Shown piece after piece: positions 28,246 through 39,500 of a stretch of DNA of 64,000 nt. The position numbers and the translations under genes were made by a program. Position 1 is the stretch's first letter, and every line of letters starts with the position of its first letter. The notes beneath the pieces were generated by a model. That model saw only the letters and a list, made by a program, of their open reading frames with translations. It searched no databases and was not told the origin of the DNA. This DNA is from an uncultured Gammaproteobacteria bacterium (GTDB lineage Bacteria > Patescibacteriota > Patescibacteriia > CAZSQN01). The stretch is taken from positions 130,354-194,353 of the forward strand of contig CAZSQN010000001.1 of NCBI GenBank assembly GCA_964609095.1, read 5' to 3'.

Positions 28246-28764
28246 ATATTTATAAACCGTTTTTTTGACTTCGTCCATTATGGCCGGCAGTTCCGTCCCC
28301 TCCTTTTTAGAAAGTTCTCCAAGCACGAATTTTTTAGTTTCTTTTTTAACGGCCGGCGCGATGCCAACCTTGATTCTTGAAAAATTTTTTGCGCCCAGCG
28401 AGGATATCACCGACTCCACTCCTTTATGTCCCGCGCTGCCGCGATTTCTAACAAGCCGCGCCGCGCCCCACGGAAGGTCTATATCGTCATGGATAACAAG
28501 CAGGTCGGAAAGCGATATCTTATAATAAGAAAATAAACGGGACACCGCTTCTCCGGAAGAGTTCATAAAAGTAAGCGGTTTAGCCAGGATGATTTCTTCG
28601 TTTTGGCGTTTGCCTTTGGAAACAAGCGATTGAAATTTTTTATTTTCTTTGAATTCAGGCAATTCTAATTCTTGGCGTAAGGCATCCAAAGCCATAAAGC
28701 CGAGATTGTGGCGCGTGGTTTCATATTCTCTTCCCGGGTTGCCCAATCCTATGATTAGCTTCAT
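28237..28764 (-). CDS. pth: Peptidyl-tRNA hydrolase
   Basis: MKLIIGLGNPGREYETTRHNLGF signature. Confidence 0.92.
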   Translation of the reverse strand: MKLIIGLGNPGREYETTRHNLGFMALDALRQELELPEFKENKKFQSLVSKGKRQNEEIILAKPLTFMNSSGEAVSRLFSYYKISLSDLLVIHDDIDLPWGAARLVRNRGSAGHKGVESVISSLGAKNFSRIKVGIAPAVKKETKKFVLGELSKKEGTELPAIMDEVKKTVYKYIK

Positions 28765-28765
28765 A

Positions 28766-30106
28766 TCACTCTCTTCGTTTCACGCTTTTAGAAATTATTT
28801 TAATAGGCGTGCCCTTGAATCCAAATTTTTCCCGCAGGCGATTTTCAATAAATCTTATGTAAGAAGGATGAATGGGCGCCAACTCTTTAATCACAAGCAT
28901 AAAAGTCGGCGGCGCCGAGCTTATTTGTTTTAGGGAGTAAATGTACGGATGGCGCACGCCTTTGGCTTTGGTCGGCCGATGCTCCCTTACGGTTTTTTTT
29001 AAAAATTTTTCTAAAAGCGGCTCGTCTATCATTTTTCCGGCTTCCTCTTTGGAAAGCCGCGCCAGATTTAAGATTTCTCCGACTCTTTCTCCGGTTTTGG
29101 CGGAAGTAAACAAGATCGGCGCCCACGAAAGGAAGGGCAGGTCGCGGATTATTTTGGCGCGGTAAGCGTCCATAGTTTTGGCTGTTTTGTCGCGCACCAA
29201 ATCCCATTTATTGACCACGGTGACCACCGGTTTTCCCGATTCTTCTATTATTCCGGCAAGGTGGCGTTCCTGCGTGCCCAATCCCTCTCTTGCGTCAAGC
29301 GTCAGAACAATCGCGTCGGCGCGATGGATGACCGCTAAGCTTTTTTTAACCCCGGCTTTTTCCAAACCCGGCGCGATTTTGGCCCGTTTCCTGATGCCGG
29401 CCGTATCAATCAAAGTAAACGGCCTTCCGTTATAAAGAAGAAGGGAGTCCTGCGGCTCTCTTGTGGTATGGGGAATATCCGAGACAATGACCCGCTCTTC
29501 ACCCAAGATTTTATTGACGAGAGATGATTTGCCGACATTGGGTTTTCCTATTATTGCCACTTTTATAGGGGTTTCGTCAAACGGGCTTTGTATTTTTTTA
29601 TCCTCCGCGGCAAGCTTGCGCGAAATTGAATCAAGCAGGTCGCCGACGCCGGCGCCGTTTTCCGCCGAAACGGGAATTATTTTACCGAGATTAAGCCGCA
29701 TCCATTCTTTATCCTCCGCCCGGGAGCGAAGCGCCGGGTTATCCGCCTTATTTCCCACGAGGAGCGTTGGTTTGCGGCTTGCTTTTAATTTTTTGGCGAT
29801 TTCCCGTTCTTGCGGCAGAAGCCCCGTTTGCAGGTCAACGACAAAAAGTATGAAATGCGCCTCGGAGATGGCGCGTTCCGCTTGGCGCAGGACATTTTTT
29901 TCAATCTCGCTTTTGCGCTCCACATCCAAGCCGCCGGTATCCACAAAAACAAGTTCCGTATTTTGCCAGATTGTTTCTCCGTAATTTCTATCGCGGGTTG
30001 TGCCGGCAATGGGCGAGGTAATGGCTTTTGATTCTGAAATAATTCTGTTAAAAAGCGTTGACTTGCCGACATTTGTCCGTCCGATTAAAGCAATGATTGG
30101 TTTCAT
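28766..30106 (-). CDS. der: Ribosome biogenesis GTPase Der (EngA)
   Basis: Two tandem GTPase domains (GRTNVGKSTLFN and GKPNVGKSSLVN) plus KH-like C-terminus. Confidence 0.9.
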   Translation of the reverse strand: MKPIIALIGRTNVGKSTLFNRIISESKAITSPIAGTTRDRNYGETIWQNTELVFVDTGGLDVERKSEIEKNVLRQAERAISEAHFILFVVDLQTGLLPQEREIAKKLKASRKPTLLVGNKADNPALRSRAEDKEWMRLNLGKIIPVSAENGAGVGDLLDSISRKLAAEDKKIQSPFDETPIKVAIIGKPNVGKSSLVNKILGEERVIVSDIPHTTREPQDSLLLYNGRPFTLIDTAGIRKRAKIAPGLEKAGVKKSLAVIHRADAIVLTLDAREGLGTQERHLAGIIEESGKPVVTVVNKWDLVRDKTAKTMDAYRAKIIRDLPFLSWAPILFTSAKTGERVGEILNLARLSKEEAGKMIDEPLLEKFLKKTVREHRPTKAKGVRHPYIYSLKQISSAPPTFMLVIKELAPIHPSYIRFIENRLREKFGFKGTPIKIISKSVKRRE

Positions 30107-30110
30107 AAGA

Positions 30111-31544
30111 TTATTGAATTACGGCAAGGGACCTTGAGCCCAGGATGATGAGGAAATCCGCATTGGGAAGAGCGCTTCCTCCGGCCGGCGCGCCGCCTTC
30201 TATCGCCAGCTCGTTGCCGCTTCCTCCGTTATAAAATCCGGGAAGCGTAACCGAAACATTGGCGTCAAGCATCGTGCGCAGTTTTACGAGCGCGTCGCTT
30301 TCGCTGCCCGGCTTTATTTCGTAAATAACCGTTTTTTCATAATCGCGCGTGCGGGAATTTCCTATCTTTACAACCCGATAGCCGGAACGTTTAAGCAGTT
30401 CGGCAACGCCGGCGGCAAAGCCGGGAACATTGGTGCCGTTTTGAATTTCCACGGTCGGAAGGTTCCCCTTTTTTTGTTCAGGAGGACTGCTGAAGATATT
30501 TTTGGCGATCTCGCGCACTTCGTCCCAAGTTCCGCTCGCCGGCAAAAGCACAAACGCATTGTCTATAAGCCGTGCGACAAGCGGACCGTCCGGCGCCGTT
30601 TCCAGTCCGTGTTTAGCTATTTTTTGCGGAGAGACGTCTCTGGCAAACGCGCCGAGCCGCGCAAGCTCCCACGGCTCAAGGTCCGTTTCAGCGTGTTCGG
30701 AAAGAGTTTGCCATGTTTTTATAAGCTTGGCCGGACTTCCCAAAAATCCGCGCGAGAGGATTTTATCCCTTACGGCCAGAAGTATTTTTTGCTGGCGTTT
30801 GCTTCTGGCAAAGTCGGATCCTTCCCCGTTGCTGCCGTGGCGCGAACGCACATATTCCAAAGCGCGCTCGCCATCCATTGTTTGGCTTCCGGCGCGGAAG
30901 CTTAACGCTTGAGTTAGAAAGTCGTCGGTGGGATAAAGCGGATCGGTGAAATCGCGTTCCACGTTTATGGTCACACCATCGAGAATGTCCACTAATTTTT
31001 TAAATCCCTGAAAATCAACGCGTGCGAAATAATGGACTGTGAGATTAAGAAGGTCGCCGACAACTTCCGAGGTGAAGCGGCCGCCGGAGCCGGGAATAGT
31101 TTCTTCGGCAAAAGCGTAGGCGTTGTTTATTCTTCTGTATCCGTACCCGGGAATCGGCACAAACAGGTCGCGCGGGATGGAGAGCATGCCCACTTGTTTT
31201 GTTTTTGGGTCAATGCTCGCGAGGATAATGGTGTCGGTTAGATTCTGACCTTCGTGCCCCTCGCCGCCGATGCCCAGCAGCAGGATATTTACTCTGCCTT
31301 CCTTTTCTCCTTTAAGCGCCCGGTCGCCGCTTGCGATCAGGGAGCGCACCCCGCTTAAAAAAGAAAATTTATTTCGCCCCTCATTTTTGTTCGCGCTTCC
31401 GGCGTCGCGATTTATCATTATCACTCCGGTTAAAGCCAAAACAAAAAAAGCAACCAGAAAGAAGCGATTCCGGAAGCGGCCGCGTTTTCGCGGATTTTGG
31501 GCGCTATTTATTTTTTCAAGAAAATTTATTTTTGGAGCGGGCAT
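30111..31544 (-). CDS. LytR-CpsA-Psr (LCP) family cell-envelope phosphotransferase
   Basis: N-terminal TM anchor, LCP core (NILLLGIGGEGHEGQNLTDTIILASI...LSIPRDL), C-terminal LytR_C-like domain. Confidence 0.8.
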   Translation of the reverse strand: MPAPKINFLEKINSAQNPRKRGRFRNRFFLVAFFVLALTGVIMINRDAGSANKNEGRNKFSFLSGVRSLIASGDRALKGEKEGRVNILLLGIGGEGHEGQNLTDTIILASIDPKTKQVGMLSIPRDLFVPIPGYGYRRINNAYAFAEETIPGSGGRFTSEVVGDLLNLTVHYFARVDFQGFKKLVDILDGVTINVERDFTDPLYPTDDFLTQALSFRAGSQTMDGERALEYVRSRHGSNGEGSDFARSKRQQKILLAVRDKILSRGFLGSPAKLIKTWQTLSEHAETDLEPWELARLGAFARDVSPQKIAKHGLETAPDGPLVARLIDNAFVLLPASGTWDEVREIAKNIFSSPPEQKKGNLPTVEIQNGTNVPGFAAGVAELLKRSGYRVVKIGNSRTRDYEKTVIYEIKPGSESDALVKLRTMLDANVSVTLPGFYNGGSGNELAIEGGAPAGGSALPNADFLIILGSRSLAVIQ

Positions 31545-31831
31545 GTCTTCTCTGTCTCGCGTCTTTATCCCTTTTCTATATTATATCTGATTTATACCTG
31601 TTTTTTATCCACGGCGCAACCTTGTTAGAAGTTCTAAGCTGAAAGCTTAAATTTCGAACTCTTTACCTCGCAAATTGAGTGTGAAGATTAATTACAAAAC
31701 GATCTCTCCTTTGTAAGCGGGAGAGATTTTTTATTCTGCCGATATGCTGCCCTTGCTTAATCATTAGTTTCGTGTTATCTTCAATTAAAGAACTATCTTA
31801 AAGTATTGCTCGGCCGTGCGCCTGTTTTCTG

Positions 31832-31908
31832 GGACGATTAGCTCAGCTGGTTAGAGCGTCCCGTTCACATCGGGAAGGTCGCTGGTTCGAGTCCAGCATC
31901 GTCCACCA
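31832..31908 (+). tRNA. tRNA-Val (CAC)
   Basis: GGACGAUUAGCUCAGCUGGUUAGAGC...UUCACAU anticodon loop...GGUUCGAGUCC...ACCA; CCA encoded. Confidence 0.85.
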
Positions 31909-31920
31909 GAGATTTTTTTT

Positions 31921-32547
31921 ATGTCTATTTTTTTTCGGAAAAATTCTGCCAAAAGTTCTGGCGAGTTGCACCCGCGCGGCGCCATCCGCGCCGTTTTGGC
32001 CTATCTGGCGGAACTGGTGCAAGTGGTTTTGATTTCGCTTGCCATTATTATTCCCATCAGGTATTTGCTGGTTCAGCCATTTTACGTAAAAGGCGCGTCA
32101 ATGGAGCCGAATTTTTATGACAAGGAATATCTGATTATAGACGAAATTTCTTATCGTTTTAGGGAGCCGGAGCGGGGAGATATTGTTGTTTTCCGCTATC
32201 CGCTTGATCCAAGCCAGTTTTTTATTAAACGGATTATCGGACTTCCGGGCGAAAGAGTCAGGATTTCCGGCGGGCAGGTAACAGTTTTTAATTCGGCCAA
32301 TCCGCAAGGCAAAATAGTTGATGAATCAAAATATCTGGGCGGCGCTTTCACGGTAGGAGAAAAAACCATTACCCTTCGCGCCGATGAATTTTATCTTTTG
32401 GGAGATAACCGCAACGCTTCCATGGATTCCAGGGTTTTCGGCCCGGTCAAAAGAAAATTAATTATCGGCAGGGTCTGGCTGCGCGGCTGGCCCATAGATA
32501 AAGCAATGGCTTTTTCCGCCCCGTCGTATCCTGATTTGGGAAATTAA
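31921..32547 (+). CDS. lepB: Signal peptidase I
   Basis: GASMEP catalytic Ser box, N-terminal TM, KR box region. Confidence 0.85.
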   Translation: MSIFFRKNSAKSSGELHPRGAIRAVLAYLAELVQVVLISLAIIIPIRYLLVQPFYVKGASMEPNFYDKEYLIIDEISYRFREPERGDIVVFRYPLDPSQFFIKRIIGLPGERVRISGGQVTVFNSANPQGKIVDESKYLGGAFTVGEKTITLRADEFYLLGDNRNASMDSRVFGPVKRKLIIGRVWLRGWPIDKAMAFSAPSYPDLGN

Positions 32548-32556
32548 GATATTTTT

Positions 32557-33942
32557 ATGTCTCGCACGCCTAAAAAGAAAGAATTAAAAGCAAAAGAAAT
32601 CAAACCCGTCCTCAGCGCGCCTAAAGCGGAACCCAAAAAAACGTCAGGGCCCCAGCTTCTGCGCGGAATGAAGGATATTTTGCCTGCGGAACAAAGATAT
32701 TGGGATTTTATCCGCGAGCGCAGCGCCAAACTGGCCGGCGCTTATTCTTTTGAACGGATAGACACGCCTGTTCTGGAAGAAACAAAATTGTTTACCCGCG
32801 CGGTCGGCAAATACACTGATATTGTGGAAAAGGAAATGTTTACTTTTCTTGATGCCGGCGAAGAGTCCGTGACCTTGCGGCCGGAGGGGACGGCGCCGGT
32901 TGTCCGCGCCTACATCAATCACGGCATGCTGAATCTGCCCCAGCCGGTGAAATTATGGTATCTGGGCCCGATGTTCCGCTATGGGCGGCCGCAATCCGGC
33001 TCTTACCGCCAGTTTCATCAATGGGGGCTGGAAATTTTAGGCGAAGCCAAGCCGGCTGCCGACGCCGAACTGATTTTTTTGGCTTACACCCTTTGCAAAG
33101 AGCTGGGCTTAAGAGTTGTCGTGCATATCAACAGTTTGGGGCATCCCGGATGCCGCGAACAATATAAAAACGAATTAGTGGATTATTACAAAACAAAACG
33201 TTCGCAGATTTGCGATGACTGCAAAAGGCGCCTCTTAAGAAACCCGCTTCGCGTGCTGGACTGCAAAGAAGAAAAGTGCCAGCCCGTCAAGCAGGGCGCC
33301 CCGCAGATGGTAGACAAGCTTTGCGATGAAGACAGGAACCATTTTATGAAGGTTTTGGAATTTCTGGATGAAATTGATTTGCCTTACCAGTTAAATCCTT
33401 ATTTAGTCAGAGGGCTTGATTATAATACGCGCACCGTCTTTGAAATTTTTGCCCAAAATTCCGATGAATCAATATCTTCTTCCGCGCTTGGCGGCGGCGG
33501 GCGTTATGATGATTTGGCGGAACTGATGGGCGGGCGCCCTACGCCGGGAGTTGGTTTTGCTTTAGGTATTGAAAGATTGATTTTGGCCTTAAAGGAGCAG
33601 AACGTGAATGTCCCCGATCCCCAGCCGCCTTTTGTTTATCTGGCCCAGCTCGGCGACCATGCCAAACGCAAGGCCCTGACTTTGTTTGAAGAAATCAGAG
33701 CCGCCGGCATTCCGGCTACGGTTAATTTTGCCAAGGACTCGCTTAAAACCCAGATGGAGCTTTCAGCCAAGCTTAATGTAAGATACACGATTATTCTGGG
33801 GCAAAAGGAAGTGCTTGACGGAACAGTGATATTGCGCGATATGGATAGCGGAGTGCAGGAGGTCGTGGACAGAAAAAAGATAGTTGACGCGCTTAAAAAG
33901 AAACGCGCGGCGGAAAGTTTTGACCTTAATCATAAAGAATGA
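32557..33942 (+). CDS. hisS: Histidyl-tRNA synthetase
   Basis: Class II HisRS motifs (GMKDILP, FERIDTPVLEE, RPEGTAPVVRAY) plus C-terminal anticodon-binding domain. Confidence 0.88.
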   Translation: MSRTPKKKELKAKEIKPVLSAPKAEPKKTSGPQLLRGMKDILPAEQRYWDFIRERSAKLAGAYSFERIDTPVLEETKLFTRAVGKYTDIVEKEMFTFLDAGEESVTLRPEGTAPVVRAYINHGMLNLPQPVKLWYLGPMFRYGRPQSGSYRQFHQWGLEILGEAKPAADAELIFLAYTLCKELGLRVVVHINSLGHPGCREQYKNELVDYYKTKRSQICDDCKRRLLRNPLRVLDCKEEKCQPVKQGAPQMVDKLCDEDRNHFMKVLEFLDEIDLPYQLNPYLVRGLDYNTRTVFEIFAQNSDESISSSALGGGGRYDDLAELMGGRPTPGVGFALGIERLILALKEQNVNVPDPQPPFVYLAQLGDHAKRKALTLFEEIRAAGIPATVNFAKDSLKTQMELSAKLNVRYTIILGQKEVLDGTVILRDMDSGVQEVVDRKKIVDALKKKRAAESFDLNHKE

Positions 33943-33992
33943 TAAAGTATTATTGTTAATACCTTATTGTTAAACCCTAAGGGAGGTGTCAC

Positions 33993-34241
33993 ATGTCAGA
34001 AGTAAGAAAAAGAAAAGGAGAGAGTTTTGAAAGTTTATTGCGCAGATTCAGCCGTCGCGTACAGCAGAGCGGCCGTCTTTTGCAGGCGAAAAAAATCCGC
34101 TTTCACCAATCGCCGAAAACGCGGCGCGAGGTCCGCGATTCGGCGCTGCATCGGATTAAGACGCGGCAAAAAAGAGAATATCTTATAAAGACTGGATTGC
34201 TTAAAGAGGAAATACTGCCGCTTCGCGGACGCAGGAGATAG
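33993..34241 (+). CDS. rpsU: 30S ribosomal protein S21
   Basis: 82 aa basic protein, S21 pattern; RBS gggagg. Confidence 0.85.
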   Translation: MSEVRKRKGESFESLLRRFSRRVQQSGRLLQAKKIRFHQSPKTRREVRDSALHRIKTRQKREYLIKTGLLKEEILPLRGRRR

Positions 34242-34295
34242 AAAACGGGTTTTGGCAGAAAACTTTTATGGCCGCGGGGTCCGGTTATCGGTTAT

Positions 34296-34739
34296 ATGAG
34301 CATAGCTCTTAAAATAGCTGAAGAATTACAGCAGGCGCAAAAGGCAAAAAACGAACTCGTGGTTTCGGCGTTACGAGTGCTTAGGGCTGAAATGCTTAAT
34401 TCTGCCATAGCCAAAATGAAAAAAGAATTATCAGACGAAGAAGCAATCGGCGTGATCAAATCTCAAGTTAAGAGATTGCGGGAGGCGGTTGTTGATTTTG
34501 AGCGCGGAGGTCGGAGCGATCTGGCCGAAAAAAATCAAAAAGAGATAGGGGTTTTGGAAAAATATCTGCCCGCGGGAATATCCGAAGATGAAATTAGAAA
34601 AGAAGTTCAGACGGTCATCTCCGCCGGTTCATACAAGACAGCTGATTTTGGCAAAGCAATGAAGGAGGTAATGGCAAAATTAAAAGGAAAGGCGGACGGA
34701 GCAGTTGTGAGCCGGATTTTGAAGGAGACATTGAAATAA
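34296..34739 (+). CDS. GatB/YqeY domain protein
   Basis: 147 aa; YqeY pattern (ELVVSALRVLRAEM...KYLP). Confidence 0.8.
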   Translation: MSIALKIAEELQQAQKAKNELVVSALRVLRAEMLNSAIAKMKKELSDEEAIGVIKSQVKRLREAVVDFERGGRSDLAEKNQKEIGVLEKYLPAGISEDEIRKEVQTVISAGSYKTADFGKAMKEVMAKLKGKADGAVVSRILKETLK

Positions 34740-34773
34740 AAGTCAAAAGTTAAAATTAAATAATGACGAGTCC

Positions 34774-36531
34774 ATGCCTCGTCTAAACAAAAAAAAGATT
34801 AAATTTTTTCAATTGACTGTTATCACGGCAGCTTTTTTTGCCGTGTTTTTGTTTTTTTTGCCGCCGCTTTCGGCCTTGGCGTTGGAGACCGGATTGGAGC
34901 AGGTCGGCGAAACCATCTCGCTGCCCACGACTGACATCCGCATCGTTATCGTGCGCATAATCAATATCGCTCTTGGATTTTTAGGCATTATCGCGGTGCT
35001 GATTTTGCTCTACGGCGGATTCATCTGGATGACTTCCGGCGGCGATGAAAGAAAAGTGGAAACAGCCAAATCAATCATAAAAAACGGCGCGATCGGGCTC
35101 ATCATCATCATTCTTTCTTTTGCCATTACCAGATTTATTTTGACGCGGCTGGAGCAGGCGGCTTTTGGTCCCGGCGCTCCCGGGCGCGGGCGCGGCGGCC
35201 CCCCGATTGAACGGCTCTCCGGAGCGCTTGGCACGGGACCGGTGCAGATGCACTTCCCCCGGCGCGGAGCCACCAATGTGCCGCGCAATACCAACGTGAT
35301 GGTGACCTTTAAGGATTCCATTGATACCGCCACCGTGACCCCTGATAACTTCCGCGTGAGCAGATCCAGCGAGCGTGGCGGCCCCTTTGTTTCCGGTATT
35401 TTTAGATTTTCCGCTGACGGGAAAACGGCGGTGTTTGACCCGACAGAGCTTCTTGGCAGCGGGACCGATAATATTTTCTATACGGTCCGGCTGGATGGCG
35501 GGACCGGCGGGATAAGAAACAGCTCCGGCGAGGCGATTTTTTCCGGCTCGTTTGGCGAAGGTTATCTTTGGGAATTCCAGACCGGAACGTTTGTTGACGC
35601 CGCTCCGCCGCAGGTAATTTCGCGAGTTCCTTTCGGCGGCAGAAATCCGAGAAATATTTTGGTGCAGGTGAATTTTTCCGAGGCCATGGATCCGACTTCG
35701 GTTACCGGAGAAACAGAGGAAGGCGGCGCCGGTTTCCGCAATCTTATGGTGCGGGGAGGCGTCGCGCCGGTTGCCGGTTCGTGGACCGTCTCCAATGAAT
35801 ATCGGACAGTTGAATTTCAGACAGCTGATCTCTGCGGGACAAATTCCTGCGGCGGCAATGTGTACTGCCTGTCAAGCAATACGGAATTTACAGCCATCAT
35901 TGTGGCCGCGACTTTGGGCGCGGAACCGCCCGCTTCTTCCGGATTCCCTTATGACGGAGCGGTTGACGCTTCCGGCAATTCGTTAGACGGAAACAACGAC
36001 AATTTGGCCGCGGGCCCTCCGGCAGACAGCTTTCTTTGGGATTTTAGCACTGATAACACCATTGATTTGCGGCCGCCGACGTTGGAGATTTTGTCCCCGG
36101 GCATAGATGAAGGCAATGTTGCCGTGGACCGGCCGATTGAGATGACTTTTTCTAAAATTATGAGCGGCAGTTCGCTGACCAATGAAAATATCTCGCTTGG
36201 CAGCGAGCCATTGTATGAATTCTGGTACTCGCTCCGGAGCGAATTATTGGATGAGCGCAATGAGGTTGCCACTTCCAGCGCCCCGGTTAAAACAAGAGCG
36301 CTCATAGAGCACGGCGTGCTCGCGTCTTCTTCCGAAACGACCAGATACGATTATTTCCCGGGAGCGACCTCGGGCGTGAAAGATGTTTTGCAAAATTGTT
36401 TTTTCCCCGGAGCCGGGCCAAGAAGCGGTTCTGACGCCGGAGGCGGGGTTTGCGCCACGAGCCGTTCCGAACCGTATTGCTGCAACGGCAATCCTTCGGC
36501 AACGGCTTGTCCGTATTTGCGAGCGCCATGA
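34774..36531 (+). CDS. Secreted/membrane-anchored surface protein: VirB2/TrbC-pilin-like N-terminal module + Gly/Pro linker + Ig-like (SbsA/Big_5-type) domains
   Basis: 585 aa; signal peptide then two hydrophobic helices around WMTSGGDE; N-terminal about 120 aa about 70% identical to N-terminus of the downstream giant protein; stop overlaps next start (ATGA). Confidence 0.7.
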   Translation: MPRLNKKKIKFFQLTVITAAFFAVFLFFLPPLSALALETGLEQVGETISLPTTDIRIVIVRIINIALGFLGIIAVLILLYGGFIWMTSGGDERKVETAKSIIKNGAIGLIIIILSFAITRFILTRLEQAAFGPGAPGRGRGGPPIERLSGALGTGPVQMHFPRRGATNVPRNTNVMVTFKDSIDTATVTPDNFRVSRSSERGGPFVSGIFRFSADGKTAVFDPTELLGSGTDNIFYTVRLDGGTGGIRNSSGEAIFSGSFGEGYLWEFQTGTFVDAAPPQVISRVPFGGRNPRNILVQVNFSEAMDPTSVTGETEEGGAGFRNLMVRGGVAPVAGSWTVSNEYRTVEFQTADLCGTNSCGGNVYCLSSNTEFTAIIVAATLGAEPPASSGFPYDGAVDASGNSLDGNNDNLAAGPPADSFLWDFSTDNTIDLRPPTLEILSPGIDEGNVAVDRPIEMTFSKIMSGSSLTNENISLGSEPLYEFWYSLRSELLDERNEVATSSAPVKTRALIEHGVLASSSETTRYDYFPGATSGVKDVLQNCFFPGAGPRSGSDAGGGVCATSRSEPYCCNGNPSATACPYLRAP

Positions 36532-39500
36532 AAATAAATTATCGCCAGCTTAAAATATTATTTTTTATCGCCCTTGCTTTGGTCGGGGTTGTTGCTTTTT
36601 TATCATCTCCTGTTTTAGCCGCCGAGCTGAACCTTGGTTTGGAGCCGGTTGGCGCGGAGATAGCTTTGCCAATCGCCGATATTAGGGTGGTCATTGTCCG
36701 CATTATCAATATAGCGCTGGGCTTTCTTGGCATACTCGTGGTGCTGCTTATGCTTTACGGCGGTTTTACTTGGATGACCGCCGGCGGCGATGAGAAAAAA
36801 ATAGAAACAGCCAAAAAGATCATAACCAACGCGGTCATCGGTTTAATCATCATCATTCTTTCTTTTGCCATCTCTTCCTTTATATTAAGGCGGCTGCAGG
36901 AAGCGGTTGGCGGCGCCGGTCCGGGCGGGCCTGCGGGCGGCCGCGGCCCCGGAGCCGGCGGTTTGCCGGCGGGCGCGTTTTATACCCGCGCCATTACGCC
37001 TTCGGGCGCTACCTCCATCCGCAATGTGACGGTGCGGGCCATATTTTCTTCAAATGTTGATTCCGCAACATTGTCCGGAAATTTAACCGTGGCCAGAGCC
37101 AGCGACAGCGCGGTTGTTTCCGGACGGCTTACCGCCTCTTCCAATGTCGCGGAATTTGTGCCGGATACTCCCTGTCCGGATGCCAACAATGATGGCGCGC
37201 CTGACGCGCCGGCTTGCTTTTCCGCCGACACTGATTTTAGAGTAATTGTTTCCACGGGCCTGCGCGACGACAGGGGCCGTCCGCTCCAATGCGGAGGGCT
37301 GGCGCCAAGCTGTGAAGGCGCTTTCCGCACCGGAAGTTTGGTGGATACCGCGCCGCCCTCAGTGCAGGTGACTTCGCCTGATGACGGCGCCAATGTTCCG
37401 GCTGACTCGCTTGTTCCCCTGCAGGCGTTTGGCAGCGATGATTCCGGCGTTTCCTATATAGAATTTTCAGTTGACGGACGCGTCATTGACAGCGACGCGC
37501 CCACCGGCGGCTATGCCGATGTCGAATGGGATTCAACCGGCGCGTCCGCGGGAAGGCACACGATTTCCGCCAGGGCTTATGATTTAGACAATAATTCGGC
37601 TGTTTCTTCGCCGGTTAATGTTTCAGTGCGGCCGGCATACTGCTTTAACGGCGTGCTGGACGGAGATGAAACGGCGGCTGATTGCGGCGGCTCCTGCGGA
37701 GCTTGCGCCGCGAGCGGCTGTTCATCCGATGCCGACTGCTCGTCAGGCAATTGCAGCAACGGCATTTGCGTTGAAACGCCAAGGATAGACGAAGTCGCGC
37801 CTTTGGACGGGCAAGTCGGAAGTTTGATTACCATCTCCGGAGCATTTTTTGGGGATAGCCCCGGCAGAGTGTTGTTCCGTTCCGCTACTGGCGAAACAGT
37901 GGCCACCGGCGGCGTTTGTTCTGACTATTGGCGCGATAATCAGATTGTGGCGGCCGTTCCCGAAGGCGCGATTGACGGTCCCATTAGAGTTGAAGCGTCC
38001 TCCGGAGAAAGCGACAGCACATCTGACGCGCGCGGTCCGGTGATGCCTGATTTTGACGTCAATAATGTTTTAAGGCCGGGTATTTGCAGAATTGTGCCGG
38101 CCTCGGCGCGACCAGATGAAACATTTACTTTGGAAGGAACGGGTTTTGGCTCCGCGGCTCCGGGGGCGAACGTGAGTTTTGGCGGAAGAACGGCCGTTAC
38201 CTCCTCTTGGGCCGACGCGTCAATTGCGGGAGCGGTGCCGCGGATTGCTTCCGGCCGCGTTCCGGTTCAGGTTACCGTCGGCGGCGGCAGTTCCAATCCT
38301 GTTTATTTTAATGTTTTGTCTCTCTCCGCCGGCAGAGAGCCGCAGATTTTAGAAATCAACCCATCCGCCGGGCCCAAAGGCGAATACATCACTTTAAGCG
38401 GAGATAATTTTGGCGAAACAGTCGGCACGGTTACCTTTCGTAATCCCGTGACCAATGATGAGGCGCGGGCTGACGTTGATTTGCCCGAAGCGTGCGCGAC
38501 TGATTTCTGGCGCAACAACTCAATCACGGTTAAAGTTCCGCGTCGTTACAATGACGGCAGAACCGAACTTTCCGAGTCAGCGCATTCCGTAACCGTTGTT
38601 CGTTCCGACGGAGCGAATTCCAACGCAATTGATTTTGCGGTTACTGCCGGAACGGCAAAACCTGGCCTCTGCGCCATTAATCCTGATAATGGCCCGGCCG
38701 GAACGGATATTTTACTTTCCGGAGAGCGGTTTGGGGTCGCCAGAGGCGCGGTTATTTTTAGTCAAAATCAGCGCGTGAGCCCGCCGGAGGGCGCGTGGAA
38801 TGATGAAGAAATCCGCGTTGCCGTTCCCGAAGCGGCCGTTACCGGCCCGGTAAAAGTGGTTGTCGGAAGTCAGGAATCAAATCCTCTTAATTTCGCGGTG
38901 CAGAATTGCAATCAAAGCGCTTGCGACGCCGGATTCTCCTGCTGTCAGAGTTCGGGCACCTGCGTGAGGGAAGGGGAATCCTGCGCCGGAGCCGCCCTTT
39001 CCGGCGGTTATGCCTGGCGCATATCAACCGGCCCGATACCCACGACTCCGCGCGTGGTGGAAGAATGCCGCGAAGCTGTTTCGCCGTCTCCTTCGCCTTG
39101 GGACGCAAGACGCGGGGGCAATAATGTTTGCGTCAACGCGGCCATAAATGTGCGTTTTACGGTTGATATGGATTCCTCCTCGCTTGTTCCCGGAAATATT
39201 GTGGTTGAACGTTGCCTTGGGGAGGGGGCCGAGCCGTGCGCCAGTAGAGAGCTGGTGACAGGACGCGTGGACGCGTCAGTCAGGGCAATCCGTTTTGTCC
39301 CTCTTGCCTCTTTGAATGCCAACGCAACTTATCTTGTCACTTTAACCACCGGATTGCGGGCGGCCGGAGCCGCCGGCGGCGCCATGGAAGAAAATGCCGC
39401 CCGCTGCGGAGCCGGCAATGCTTATTGTTTCAGATTTAAGACCAGGCCGAACGCGGAAAATTGCGCCATCGGCAGTTCCGTTATGGATCCGGCTGATTTT

